From Eledone cirrhosa (Eukaryota), in contig OZ024752.1 in NCBI GenBank assembly GCA_964016885.1, forward strand, positions 10,044,001-10,108,000: 64,000 nt of DNA, written 5' to 3'. Each line of letters starts with the position of its first letter. The first letter of the stretch is position 1. The translations under genes were made by a program, and so were the position numbers. Shown piece by piece: positions 1-12,434 of the stretch. Under the pieces are notes generated by a model, which worked only from the letters and a program-made list of their open reading frames with translations, searched no databases and had not been told where the DNA came from.

Positions 1-335
1 TCATCATCCTCATCCGGTAGCCTCAGCCGAAATTGCCTCAACAATTGGGTCTGCTGTTCATTGCCGTTGCCAAATCCTGGATTTAAATACCAGCATCACT
101 GAAGGTGACATCCGGATAGGAGAGGTTGCGCCCTCTGTTAGTACTGACTGCTTGTAGTTTCCAAAGCACTAATGGGGACATAGCTTCATAGGGGGCACGA
201 TAGCAGTGCCCAGAAAATCTTACACTCCTTTTACGTACAAAGACAGATATGCGTAGGATGCCGTCATATCTCTCTCTCAAAGGCAGATGTCACCAGCTTA
301 TGTCTGAATGAGTCGAAGTAGGCGAGTGTAGGTGC
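1..335 (-). mobile_element. RTE-type non-LTR retrotransposon 3' fragment
   Basis: Minus-strand translation gives TYTRLL-like and RFSGHCYRAPYEAMSPLVLWK...RGRNLSYPD motifs, ending in a (GAT)n-like tail at 1-12. Same family as 3595-4110. Confidence 0.75.
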
Positions 336-678
336 CATCTTTCAAGTGTTTCTGTCTGTTTGACACATCATCTTCTGTAATATTTTTCCTGGCGCTGTGT
401 TCTTTGTTCTTGGTAGTTTCGTGTACAGTAATCCACCTTGTTATGCATGTCATCATCTCCAAAACGTCTTTCCCTTCCGCTTCTTTTACTTTCGAAGTTA
501 TATGTATCTCTATTCTGCTCGTATTAAGTTCTTGGTGGGGTCGTTCTGGTATGGAGTGTAATGTTTTGATTTGTTAAAAAAGAATACGCTTGGCGCTTTT
601 AATATCTCCAGTTACATTGTACCGTTCTAAGTATTTGTTTTAGATATTCTTTTGAACCCATCATTTCCTTTTATATAT

Positions 679-867
679 ATAGGGTGGCCATTGAAAGACT
701 AAATGATATATAACAAAAATAAATTTTACAAACATTATTTTTTATCCTTTTACTATTTTATTTGTAAATATAAGTAATGTAGTATGTGTGAAAAACATGG
801 GATGCGGTATAACCTACAACCCCCCTCCCCCGAAAATGAAATAAAGTTTTTCAGTGGCCACTCTGTC
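679..867. mobile_element. Small Tc1/mariner-type MITE
   Basis: Imperfect TIRs TAGGGTGGCCATTGAAA ... TTTCAGTGGCCACTCTG; the left end abuts a TA run. Confidence 0.5.
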
Positions 868-1493
868 TTTAGTATTTTTTGTTATTTCTTAATCCTAGTT
901 TTGTTGTGTTCTTTCCTATTTCGTTTATGATTGAGGGGTCATTTTTGGTCTTTTATCTTACATTATATCTTTGATATCTTGTATTAATCTTGCTATTCCT
1001 GTTTGTGTAAATCGAAGAGAGTGCCCAGTTGTTTCTTTTGTAATAACAACGCCTGCTGCATATATTGTGTTACTAATGTATCTATCGTGTTTATTAGATC
1101 TGTGATGGCTAAGTTTTCTTATTAATTTTTATTTTTGATAGGTGTATATTTGGCCCACAGAGAGATCTTTTGTTTCGGGTTCTTGGATTATTTCCAGATT
1201 TATCCTATTGTAGTCTTGAATTTCGTTTTTAGAGTTACTTTTCTTACATCTTTCTCGGCATATTTCTTTTCATTTGAATTTTCGGCTCTTGTATTGAATC
1301 GATTTTTGATGGTCAATACTCAGTATGCGTTTTGGGGTTTGGGGTGGATGGGTTTGGGTTTAGGGTTTCATGGGTTGCAATTAGGGTTAGGGTTAGGGTT
1401 TGGAGTTTGATGGGCTATGTTGTTTACTGTATCTGTTTTCCATGTGTTGGTCTTATCGTCATGTTTTAAGTTCTAGATCAGTTTATGTTCGTT

Positions 1494-1796
1494 CAGGGCC
1501 GGATTTAATGAGGGGAAATAGGGCAATTGCCCTGGGTTCTCGGCAGTGGGAAGCCCCAGCAGCAGCATCGGCTGTAGAAAATTATTTGTACCCTCAGCAG
1601 GGCCTTTTAGTTTTAGGATGGTTAGAAGTTTTGAATTTCATACTTGTATGTATAACTTTTCAATTCCAATTACTTGCGCCAAGCTAACTTTGATATGTAA
1701 AATTGGTGGTTTGCCCTGTATTCTAATGTTTTGAGTATGTGGGTCCCCAAAAAACCTGAAGTGCTTCTGTTGCACCAAGGTCTAAGTCAAACCCTG
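1494..1796. mobile_element. Putative hAT-like MITE
   Basis: Begins CAGGGCCGGATTTA and ends TAAGTCAAACCCTG (imperfect TIR). No clear TSD. Confidence 0.4.
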
Positions 1797-2379
1797 TCTT
1801 TTCTTAGCTGTTTTGTGTTCGTTATTTCTGTTTTCGTTATGCATTTGTTCTATTAACTCCTCTATCCCAAGTCTGATATTTTTTCTAATTAAATTTACTA
1901 GATTGATTGGGTTGAGCTTAAATCAGAGTATGAACTGTTTTACTTTTACCAGATTTTAAACGAGTGTGTATAATGTTAAATTTTTGCATTTTGAATATAT
2001 TATTGCCGTAAAATATGCGCACATGATCGAAACGTATTCCTCCCGCGTCCGATTCTCCTTTTTTGATTTTTTGTGAAATTAATGGGGTCAAGTTTGGTCC
2101 ATCAATAGGATGTTGTCATTTTGATGGGTAAAAACCTTCTAAAATTGTACATAGTTCAAAACCGCGCCCCGTTGTCGTTAGTTTAGCCTTTCTTTCTTAC
2201 TGGATCGATAAAGTAAAGTACCAGTAATGCACTGAGATCGATACAATCGATTTTCCACTTCTCTAGAAATGGCTGGTCTAGTTCCAAAAGTAGAAACAAT
2301 TCATCGTCATCATCATCATCATTAATATCATTATTCTTATTACATTGATATCTCAGTAATTGATGTTATTTAACCGGAC

Positions 2380-2990
2380 AATTTTCCAAGTGTACATCAA
2401 GCCGCTACCTACAGCCTCAGATATTCAGGACGTATCGGAGGGTCCTTGCTGTTCCCAACAGGCATACCGTTTAAAGTGTTTCAAATAAGCGACTGGGCTA
2501 ATATTCTTTAATCAGTTTTGGAAGCTTTTCGAGATAGTACCTTGCGCTCATATAAGGTTGTGACGACCTTCATCTCATGACATTTACAAATGCTTTTACC
2601 TTCCCACTTTAAATCCTGGTGCCGGTTAATATTTTCCTTTTTCTTTTCTTACATTATTGTGTTAAAGGGGCAAGTTATATCTATAATAAAGCAAGATATC
2701 TTTTCCTTGTCAGAAACCACAAATTCAGGTATGATGTGTGCGAATTATTTGTCCATTTGTATTCTGAAATCACACAGCAGGTTCACCCGGTGGTTTTCTA
2801 TCACCGGCTCTGGCTTTTGCAATCAGATAAGTACATCATTATACAATTTTCACAGAGCATCCGCTGATAATAATACATTTCGGTGCCAAACAAGTGCATG
2901 CATGTATAGTCTTGTAACTGCCGTGGGAATTGTAGAAACGCAATATTGGTATTCACCCTTTCTCTGACAATTTAATACCTGTCGGAAAAC
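2380..2990 (-). mobile_element. Degenerate REL-endonuclease non-LTR retrotransposon 3' part (R4/Dong-like)
   Basis: Broken minus-strand frames give IQMDK*FAHIIPEFVVSDKEKISCFIIDITCP...EKINRHQDLKWE...KVVTTL..AQGTI, matching the PD..D/KY restriction-like endonuclease pattern. Confidence 0.65.
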
Positions 2991-3594
2991 AACTAATTTC
3001 TTCCAGTGAAGGATAGATCGTGACAGAATGGAAGTGAGAAAGATGTATATAGAAAGAATCGATTGCAATACATGACTAGTACTATTGGGTCGTCAAGTAT
3101 GGAATTTGTAGAAATTTGTTTTCTGTCAACAAATTTCTACAAACTTTCATATTTGAAGACACAATATTTTACCGATGTTGAATGGATAAAATGCAAAGGT
3201 GACCTTGGTGGGATTTGAAATCACAGAGCAGAGATCCCAAGATAATAAACAGAACATTCTATTGGATGTTTTAATGAGTCTGCAAATTCGTGCAAAACAT
3301 ATATTTTGTGCAACCTATATTTTATATATTCAACACTAACAGACTTACATCCATGGCCTAGTACCAATATACAAACACAGTATCGAGTCGAAGGAAAAAC
3401 AGAATTGCATTAATATCCATGATGACAGGCCCAACCTATGACTCACTATATAAAATCATGTTTATCTCACCTACATTCGCCTCCATAAGTAAATTACTTT
3501 ACGAATTCTATGAGCAACTTATTCTAACCTTTATTTACATTTTTGATTGCCCAATTCATATTTATATTCTACTACTGATTTTTAGTTTTTCCTT

Positions 3595-4110
3595 CCGGTT
3601 CATTGAGTGGCCAAGAAATCTTTCTCTCTTTTTACATACAACGACTGATATGCGTGGGAGGCCGACATATATGTCTTGCCGCCTGCTTATGTTCTGCATG
3701 GGTTGAAGTAGGCGAGTGTAGGTGCTGTCAATGTGCTTTTCTTGTTTGGATGAAAACATCCATGTTTCACTTCCATATAGCAAGATTGGTTGAATTTCCA
3801 CCTATGAGGCTGTGTCCCAATTAGTGTTTTGGAAACCACAAGCAGTCATTAATAACAAGGGTTACAAGCTCTCCTTTCCCAATTTGCTGAACACTGCCAT
3901 AGTTAGACCTATGAGGCTGTGTCCCCATTACTGCTTCGGAAACCACAAGCAGTCACTAATAACAGGGAGAGCCAAGCTCTCCTACCCCGATGTCATCTCC
4001 AGAAATTCAGGTATTGAAATCCAAGATTTGGCAACGGCAATGAACGACTGAGCCACGTGGGGATCAATTGCTGAGTTGATTTCGGCTGAAGCCACCGGAA
4101 GATGATGATT
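3595..4110. mobile_element. RTE 3' fragment with inverted 5' part and internal duplication
   Basis: 3595-3797 on minus encodes PILLYGSETW...IDSTYTRLL...RFLGH. 3798-4110 on plus encodes PYEAVSQLVFWKPQ (duplicated at 3908) through a GATGATGAT tail. Confidence 0.75.
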
Positions 4111-4143
4111 ACATTCGCTTCTAAGTCTACATTATTCCGGGAG

Positions 4144-4325
4144 ATTGGGAATATCAGTAGAAGGTCGGACACCATGCGTTGCAGCATAGAGTTACGCCCA
4201 TTTCATGGTCTGAGTTCAAATCCCACCGAGGTTCACTTTGCGTTTCATCCTTACGGGTTCGACAAAATAAAGTAGCAGTAACGTACTGGGATAATTGCTG
4301 GCGTTGTGCCAAATGTAGAAACAAA
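4144..4325 (+). mobile_element. tRNA-derived SINE, family A
   Basis: B box GAGTTCAAATCC, core TTTCATCCTTACGGG.TCGA.AAAATAAAGTA, 3' end GTAGAAACAA. Confidence 0.8.
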
Positions 4326-4599
4326 TTGTCCTCCCCAGTTGTCCATAAAACTATATCACCTCCTCCGATGAGATGGAATATTAGTACGAACATTTTGATT
4401 TGATTTTCCATTTCACATTTAAATCTGTTTAAGCCTGACCGTAGGGGGTATTTATAATAATATCTACACACTGATTTAATGTAGAGAGTCGTGAGGTGAA
4501 TAATGGCTTTACTAGATTTAATTAACAAAGTCTTATATCTCTATGATTGTACCTCTTGTTTCGTCATCTCCTCTCCCTCAATTCCCCTTGCTCTCACTC

Positions 4600-4786
4600 T
4601 TACAATACACACATACACCCACTCACACACATATATGTATGTATAAATATACATATATACATATACACACAAACACACACATATATATATACATATATAT
4701 ATATATACAAACACACATATATACATATATATATACATACATATATGTATATATATATATACACACACATACATATATATATACAT

Positions 4787-4827
<41 letters not shown>

Positions 4828-4888
4828 AATACATATATATACATACACACACATATATATATATATATACACATACATATATATACAT

Positions 4889-4919
<31 letters not shown>

Positions 4920-5164
4920 CATACATATATATATATATACACACACATACATACATATATATATATACACACATATACATATATATATATATACACACAC
5001 ACATACATATATATATATATACACACATACACACATATATATACACACACACAAACACACATATATCTATATATACACACACACATACATATATATATAC
5101 ACACAGACATATATATACACACAAACACACACATATATATATATACACACACATATATATATAT

Positions 5165-5195
<31 letters not shown>

Positions 5196-5434
5196 CACAC
5201 ACATATATATATAAATATACATATAAACACATATATATATAAATATACATATAAACACATATACATACATACACATAAATATACATGTACACATATACAT
5301 ACATACATATATATACATATATATATAGACATACATACATATATATACAGACATATATATATATACAAACATCTATATACAGACATATATATACAAACAT
5401 AAATATACATACAGACATATATATATATATACAG

Positions 5435-5483
<49 letters not shown>

Positions 5484-5961
5484 CAGACATATATATATAC
5501 ATATGTGTGTGTGTATATCTATGTTTGTGAACGATGGATAGTGTTTGTGTGTTTGTGTGTGCGTGGGTATGTATGTATGTGTACAGGATCATGTGCTGTT
5601 TTGTATGTATTTATGTGCGCCAAAACACACGGATATCCATTTTAGCCTAATTTTATTATCACATATAATGCACTCAGGTAGGAAAAAGAAAATCACGGAA
5701 TAGATTCTTTCGCGAAAAAAAGTGGCTTCTGATTATATTATTTTAATCATGTTAATGGCATAACCATGTAGCTGTCAAAATATAATACGTGATATGAATT
5801 AAAAAATTTCTATTTTATAACAAGAGATTGATGTCTATAGTTTTTCTATTCAAAATATCATTTTAATATTTCAATTTTAAAACAGCAAGTCAGTTTATTA
5901 GTTTAGAAATGATACATTATATATATACATATATATATATATATATACATTATATATACAT

Positions 5962-5995
<34 letters not shown>

Positions 5996-6014
5996 TGCAT
6001 ACATACACACACAC

Positions 6015-6061
<47 letters not shown>

Positions 6062-6066
6062 TACAT

Positions 6067-6104
<38 letters not shown>

Positions 6105-6137
6105 ATGTATGCAAATATATATATATGTCTGTATGTA

Positions 6138-6197
<60 letters not shown>

Positions 6198-6230
6198 TAC
6201 ATTCAGACATATATATATATTTGCATACAT

Positions 6231-6323
<93 letters not shown>

Positions 6324-6356
6324 TACATACAGACATATATATATATTTGCATACAT

Positions 6357-6395
<39 letters not shown>

Positions 6396-6400
6396 CATAT

Positions 6401-6438
<38 letters not shown>

Positions 6439-6715
6439 GCATACATACACACACATATATATATATGAATACATACACACACACACACATATATATATAC
6501 ACACATATATATATATATATATTTATGCATACATATAAAACATATATATATATATATATGCATACATACACACATATATATATATATATTCGTACATACA
6601 CACACATACAAATATATATATATATGCATACATACACACACATACATATATATATACATACATTCACACATATGCATACATACACACATACACACATCTA
6701 TATATATGCATACAT

Positions 6716-6760
<45 letters not shown>
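4600..6760. repeat. Two long compound (TA)n/(CA)n microsatellite arrays (4600-5590, 5910-6760)
   Basis: Directly visible. They explain the YI/HT-rich pseudo-ORFs. Confidence 0.95.
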
Positions 6761-6761
<1 letters not shown>

Positions 6762-7009
6762 TTATAGGCCTCTGTTTGTAAGTCTATTGTTACGTGGTAT
6801 ACGAAAAACATTTTAAAACATTGATTTGGAAAGGCGGAGTAAGAGATTTGTTATATATTTCTAATTGTAATGAAATATTTTGTTGCAAACGAAAACAATG
6901 ACAAGATACACGTTTTAACAACAATTCTATAAGGGCATTAATGATATCCCTGTCTGTGTTTAAGTAAATGTAGAAGCACACACGTTATCTCAAATATATA
7001 GCAAAACTG

Positions 7010-7258
7010 TGTAGAATTGGTCTTGAAAGGTGATGTGAAACCGTGTGTTGAAACAAATGTTATAAGCAATAGTCTATCGAGAAAACCCCAGACCCTTAAC
7101 GAGCGGGGTGGACCTCGTCAAATCAGACCGAAGAAACAATCTTACCGTATAATAAAGTGTCTTGCTCAAGGACATAACGCATCATCCGGTCTGGAAATTG
7201 AAATGACAACCTCATGATTGCGAATCCATTTCTCTAACCACTAAGCCACGCATATTCA
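7010..7258 (-). mobile_element. tRNA-derived SINE, family B (CORE-like)
   Basis: Reverse complement reads GCGTGGCTTAGTGGTTAGAG ... GTCCTTGAGCAAGACACTT. Related to 46960-47270 and 52848-52980. Confidence 0.65.
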
Positions 7259-7269
7259 CTATAATATTT

Positions 7270-7450
7270 GATTGGCAGTATTGTTTGAGGGTCGGACGCC
7301 AAGCTTTGCACCATAGAGTTACAGCCCTTTACAGCCCGAGTTCAAATTCCGCTGGTTAACTTTACCTTTCATCATTACGGAGTCGATAAAATAAAGTACC
7401 AGTAATGTACTGGGCAGGGATAATTGCTGCCATTGTGCCAAAAGTATTAA
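7270..7450 (+). mobile_element. SINE family A
   Basis: A box TGGCAGTATTG, B box GAGTTCAAATTC, conserved core and 3' end. Confidence 0.8.
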
Positions 7451-7687
7451 TAACTATAACATTGCCAGAAGTATATAATAAAACAGGAAACTGACTGGCC
7501 AGTCTGCAGATATGCAAATCTCGCTGATCAGTGGATCTGCTAATATGCAGATCTGATTGTTCAGTCAGTCTGATAATATGCAAACCAGGACGATCAGTTA
7601 CTGTGTATTTATGAAAATAGCATATATTTTCACTAGTTCTGAGAGTTTGGTAGTCAGCTGTACTGATCTGTACTGATTTGGCAGTGA

Positions 7688-7733
7688 GCTGTACTGATGA
7701 AGGGTGATACCCAGAAACATTAGTGTCTGCAGT
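7688..7733 (+). ncRNA. Type I hammerhead ribozyme motif
   Basis: GCTGTA-CTGATGA-A-GGGT(GAT)ACCC-A-GAAA-CATTAGTG-TC-TGCAGT. Intact core with stems I, II and III; predicted GUC cleavage after 7727. Confidence 0.7.
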
Positions 7734-8198
7734 TCTGTTTGTATGCCAACATAAGAGCAAGAATGAAGTGTTCATTCTTGACATGGCTATAAAATTGAGG
7801 CTTGTTTGCATAATTGCAAACGAATCGAATGTTATTATTAATATTCGAGAAACTTTTATATAAACATTTATATAATAAAAAACACTCACTGTTTGGTTGG
7901 GGTTGGTATATAGGGTTATCAAATATATTGAAGTGAAAACCAACCCAAACCAAACAGTGAGTGTGTTTTATTATATATTTCTGGCAAACCTGTTTAGAAT
8001 TATATGTATGGTAAATAACTTTGGAAACCGTTCAAACAGTTGTTGACGTCTCAAACAACCAGGTGCCTGTAACGAACGAGAAGTTTAACAAAAGATATAG
8101 CGCTGGGATTTGGAGGTAAACACTGACATTATTCCTGTAAATTTTAGTAACTAGAATTATTGTCAACACGCTGACGCGTATGTGTCCATGTGTATGCG

Positions 8199-8255
<57 letters not shown>

Positions 8256-8451
8256 ATATGCATACATTTATATGTATGAGTATATGAATATAGACGTGCA
8301 AACACAGACACAATTATAAAAATAAACACTCACAGACATACACACATCCCCACAAACATACTCATACGCTTACAAACAGCGTAGAAAATGAAACACCAGC
8401 TGTTGTTTTGCTCTAATATTTTCACTACACCCGTCCTTCCTTTAGCACACA

Positions 8452-8492
<41 letters not shown>

Positions 8493-8526
8493 TGTGTGAC
8501 GGACGGAAGTCTCTCAAATGTATATA

Positions 8527-9016
8527 CACGAGGGCAATCCCAAAAGTAAGGTCTCCAAAGCGATGGGGACGCAGAGAAACTGTTCGCACGGCTGTTGGCA
8601 ACATTGTTTCTTCACTCCCAAACAAGCATGAGCGCGCTTCGTTAGGATGTTCAATCTTGGCTGGGCAGCCATTGAAAATGGAACTCCTGTTGTACGCTAC
8701 CGCCAAGTGCGAAGTTCGCGCAGTTATTCGGTTTCTGAACGCAAAAGGCGTTGAACCGATTGAAATTCAACGCCAATTGACGGAAGTCTATGGACAGTCG
8801 TGCATGGATGTCAAACACGTTCGCAAGTGGTGTAGAGAGTTTACAGCCGGTCGTACTGAAATTCATGACTAACAAAAGAACGGGGGACCGTCAATTACCG
8901 ACGGGACAGTCGCAAAGGTTGAAGAAAACATGCGTAAAGATCGGCGGATCACTCTGGATGCTCTCTGCAATTTGGTGCCTGAGGTTTACCGGAGCACCAT
9001 CCACAGGATTTTAACG
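8527..9016 (+). mobile_element. mariner transposon 5' part (TIR plus transposase HTH pseudogene)
   Basis: TIR CGAGGGCAATCCCAAAAGTAAGGTCTCC. ORF from ATG 8678: KCEVRAVIRFLNAKG...EIQRQLTEVYG...VRKWCREF..GR...D*...RRITLDAL...STIHRILT, with a premature stop; truncated at the LINE junction. Confidence 0.9.
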
Positions 9017-10255
9017 TCATACTTTGGTGTGGTTGGAAAGATTTGAGCGGCAAACGCGATCCATCTTGTTGCAAGCTGACCATGCTTGAGTCTTTCTGGT
9101 GGCGAAATCCTTCCCATAGTCCATGATCCAGGACCCAAGATACTTAAAATCCTCGACTTGCTTGATATCACTGCCATCGACTGCTTTGATGTAGCCTGTA
9201 CAGTTTAATATGTATTCTGTTTTAACCTTGTTGAGATGTAGACCAACAAGCGTCTGGATAGATGTCAAAAGTTGTTGCGCATTTTCTAGGCAATCTGCAA
9301 AAAGCACAAGGTTATCAGCAAAGTGAAGGTCAGTGAGATGTTTATAGGGGTGCCTAGGGCTCATGATTGTACATACTTTTGTTATTGACTTTGTCAATTG
9401 AAAACCTCACAGTCTAGTGCAATGGGTTCTGGTCAACGAAATAACTAGCAGAAAACAGAACCCTTCACCCACCATCAAAGGGGGCTCTCAAGAAGATAGG
9501 AAAAATAGCTGGACTGACCATTTCAAGGATCAACCATCCCCTGGAGAAAACGATCTCCTAAAGTCTGTGGTATCACCTGAATTCGACATGTCCACTGGAC
9601 TTTTCACCTCGAGTGAGATCACCCAGGTGATCAAAACACTTGAAAACAAAAAAATCACCCGGTCTGTCAACATACCCAGTATAATTTGGAAAGACCCAAA
9701 CCTTACTTCAGTCCTATTATCAATCTGCAACGACACCTTAAGCAACAAACTCGTCCAAAAAGTTGGCTAAAAGCAGGCATAGTTCCTGTCCCTCAAAAAG
9801 GTAACCTATCATTCTCCCCAAAAAGGTGATCTATCATTCTCCCCAAAACTACCATATCACTTCTGCCCATTGCTGCCAAGATCTACAACAAGCTAAGTCC
9901 CAACTGCATAATTCCTTATGTTGATCCAATTCTTCGCATCAACCAACACCCTTTTTGGGTGTGATAGATCTATACTTTCACAGATTTTGGCCTTGAGTAG
10001 TGTAAAAGATGAGAAAATCCAACAGAGAAATCGCTCGAGCTTTTGTTGACTTAAGAAAAGCTTTTAACAGAGACATTCTGTTTGAAATTCTCCCCTTGTA
10101 TGGCATCCCAGCAAGACTTGTGGAAGAAAATAAAGGCTCTGTATCTCAACAAAAGTGCAACTATCATCACCTCTGCTGGCCCAACAGAGTTCTTTGACAT
10201 CTCAGCAGGACTGCTGCAGTGCAGGGTGACACTCTTGCTTCATTCCTCTTTATCA
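9017..10255. mobile_element. RTE-like LINE RT pseudogene in two head-to-head pieces
   Basis: Minus 9017-9380 encodes LTDLHFADNL...LHLNKVKTEY...VEDFKYLGSW. Plus 9400-10255 encodes FVDLRKAFN, YGIP, TEFFDISAGLLQ/GDTLA motifs with frameshifts. Confidence 0.85.
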
Positions 10256-11936
10256 AATTGTTATACATATACTAATCATTTAGTCATATGGTATTGTTTA
10301 CTCGGGTTTGTTCGAGTGAATTCTCACACAGACCTCATTCCAGAAAAAGATTGGAAGAATAAAAGTGACATCATCACGTGACCGTACAGAGATGGTTGAT
10401 ACATTTTCTTTTTTGCACGTTAAAGCCAATAACCCTGTTATAAAGATTTCCTAAGATATTGAGTTTTGGCTTATCATTCAAGCTATATACATGGGTGCAT
10501 TCATACGTACGTACACACACAGATACACACATATTTATGTAATGTATGTATGTATGTATGTATGTATGTATGTATGTATGTATGTATGTGTGTGTGTATG
10601 TATGTATGTATGTATGCATGTATGTGTGTGTGTGTGTATGTATGTATATATATATGTGTGTGTGTTTAAAATACGGTAGTATTTCAAATATTCAAACAAA
10701 CTGAATGAGCACCCAATATTGACGGGTAGCGGGAAGATATATATTTTTGCAACTGTGTAAAATAAGTTACTTCGATGTTTCAGATTAATCGATTATATAT
10801 GAAAAGGAAGGATGATTCAATATGTCAGCAAAGGTTATTTTTTAATGGAGTTCTACCTGCCCCTTTAGCTATATAGTCGTCTTTATTTGTGGGAATTCGG
10901 AAAATTCTGGAAAGTTGCGCAGTGTGTTTTTTTCTTCATTGCGCGTTTGGACACTTTTAGTCGCAGTTTGCATACAACAGAATCCCGTAATATCATGTAC
11001 AAACGGATTTCAAATAGTTTTTGAACACAGTTAAGCGCACATACAAACGTTTATTAGCTTTATATAGTCGAATGTCTGTGAAGTATGGCGTTACGTCATG
11101 CAACTTTGGTAAGGCTTGCCAGCTCATGTTTCAATTCTTTTCACTTTTGTCTATATATATTCTACTCTTTCACTGGCCATTTGATCTCGGCAAACGGACA
11201 TGCTGATAACATCATATATTGTACATTCTTGCGTAACTGCAGTTGTCGGTAACCGAATTGATCTTCATTGTAATATCTCTACTAATAAAATGAAACGTAC
11301 TTTGTAGAAATAGTCAATACTCTTAATTGCCGATTCCCTCTTCATTTCAATGTGTCCCTCTTCAATTATAAGGCAAATATATATTTAATGTAAATAAGCA
11401 CGGTGAACAGAATACAATTTTGTCGTGTCTGTGCGATAATTCTAGAAACGAGTAATCTAACATGTTATTTTGAAATGTTTATAGTAAAACGATAAGAGAG
11501 TTAAAATGTAACACCATTGATGTAAAATTAGAAACAACCAGACCTCAGTCCCAGAACATTATGGTAGATTGGTACAAACCATGCAGATAACTATCGTCAG
11601 TAACTGTCAGTTGTTTTGAATTTCTGGCTAACATGATGCATGAATACTGCACATAGATGTTAGAATTTATTTCATGAATATTGAGTACTCAAATATATGC
11701 AGGGCATCTTCAACCAATCATTACAATTTCCGCTTTTGTCATTTGGCAGTATGTATCCGTTTCACTATCGTAAACAGTGCGGGGAAAATGTTCAAATAAA
11801 TAATTAAATTAAAGAGTTACTAATAGCTTTGGATGACTAAAATGACTCTTCGACACGAAAATCACTTAACGCCCGGCTTCAGATCAAGTCATTTGATAGA
11901 CAAGTACAACTCCGAAATACATAGAATAAATACACG

Positions 11937-11978
<42 letters not shown>

Positions 11979-12300
11979 ATACTGGTGGCTTAGTTCGGAT
12001 CTAGCTGTCGAAACGGTCGGAGCTCAGCCATCGGGGTCCTGACTATTTTCCTATATATATATATAAGAAAATGTCCATCAAGCATAATTCTATATAGATT
12101 CTAGTCTCTTTAATTCTTTACAGCTTGAGAGTGAATGTCACCGATGGCAGATTAACTAATCTTGAAACAACTCCATCTAACATTAGCGACCGTACTGAAA
12201 ACCCTGTGATATGTTCACGCAGAAGAATAACTTTTCATTTCCCCCAAAATATATTTGCTCTTATAGAAGGCGTTCCATATGTTATCCCTTCATGATTTAT

Positions 12301-12434
12301 AGAAGAAGAAGAAGAAGAAGAAGAAGAAGAAGAAGAAGAAGAAGAAGAAGAAGAAGAAGAAGAAGAAGAAGAAGAAGAAGAAGAAGAAGAAGAAGAAGAA
12401 GAAGAAGAAGAAGAAGAAGAAGAAGAAGAAGAAG
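12301..12434 (+). repeat. (AGA)n trinucleotide microsatellite
   Basis: Perfect repeat of ~45 units. Confidence 0.97.

Noticed and set aside
4541-6767. Many long ORFs (up to 330 aa) rich in Y/I/C/V/H/T, also at 27631-28518, 44782-45179 and 50627-51332
   Set aside because: Translations of stop-free (TA)n/(CA)n microsatellites, open in most frames.
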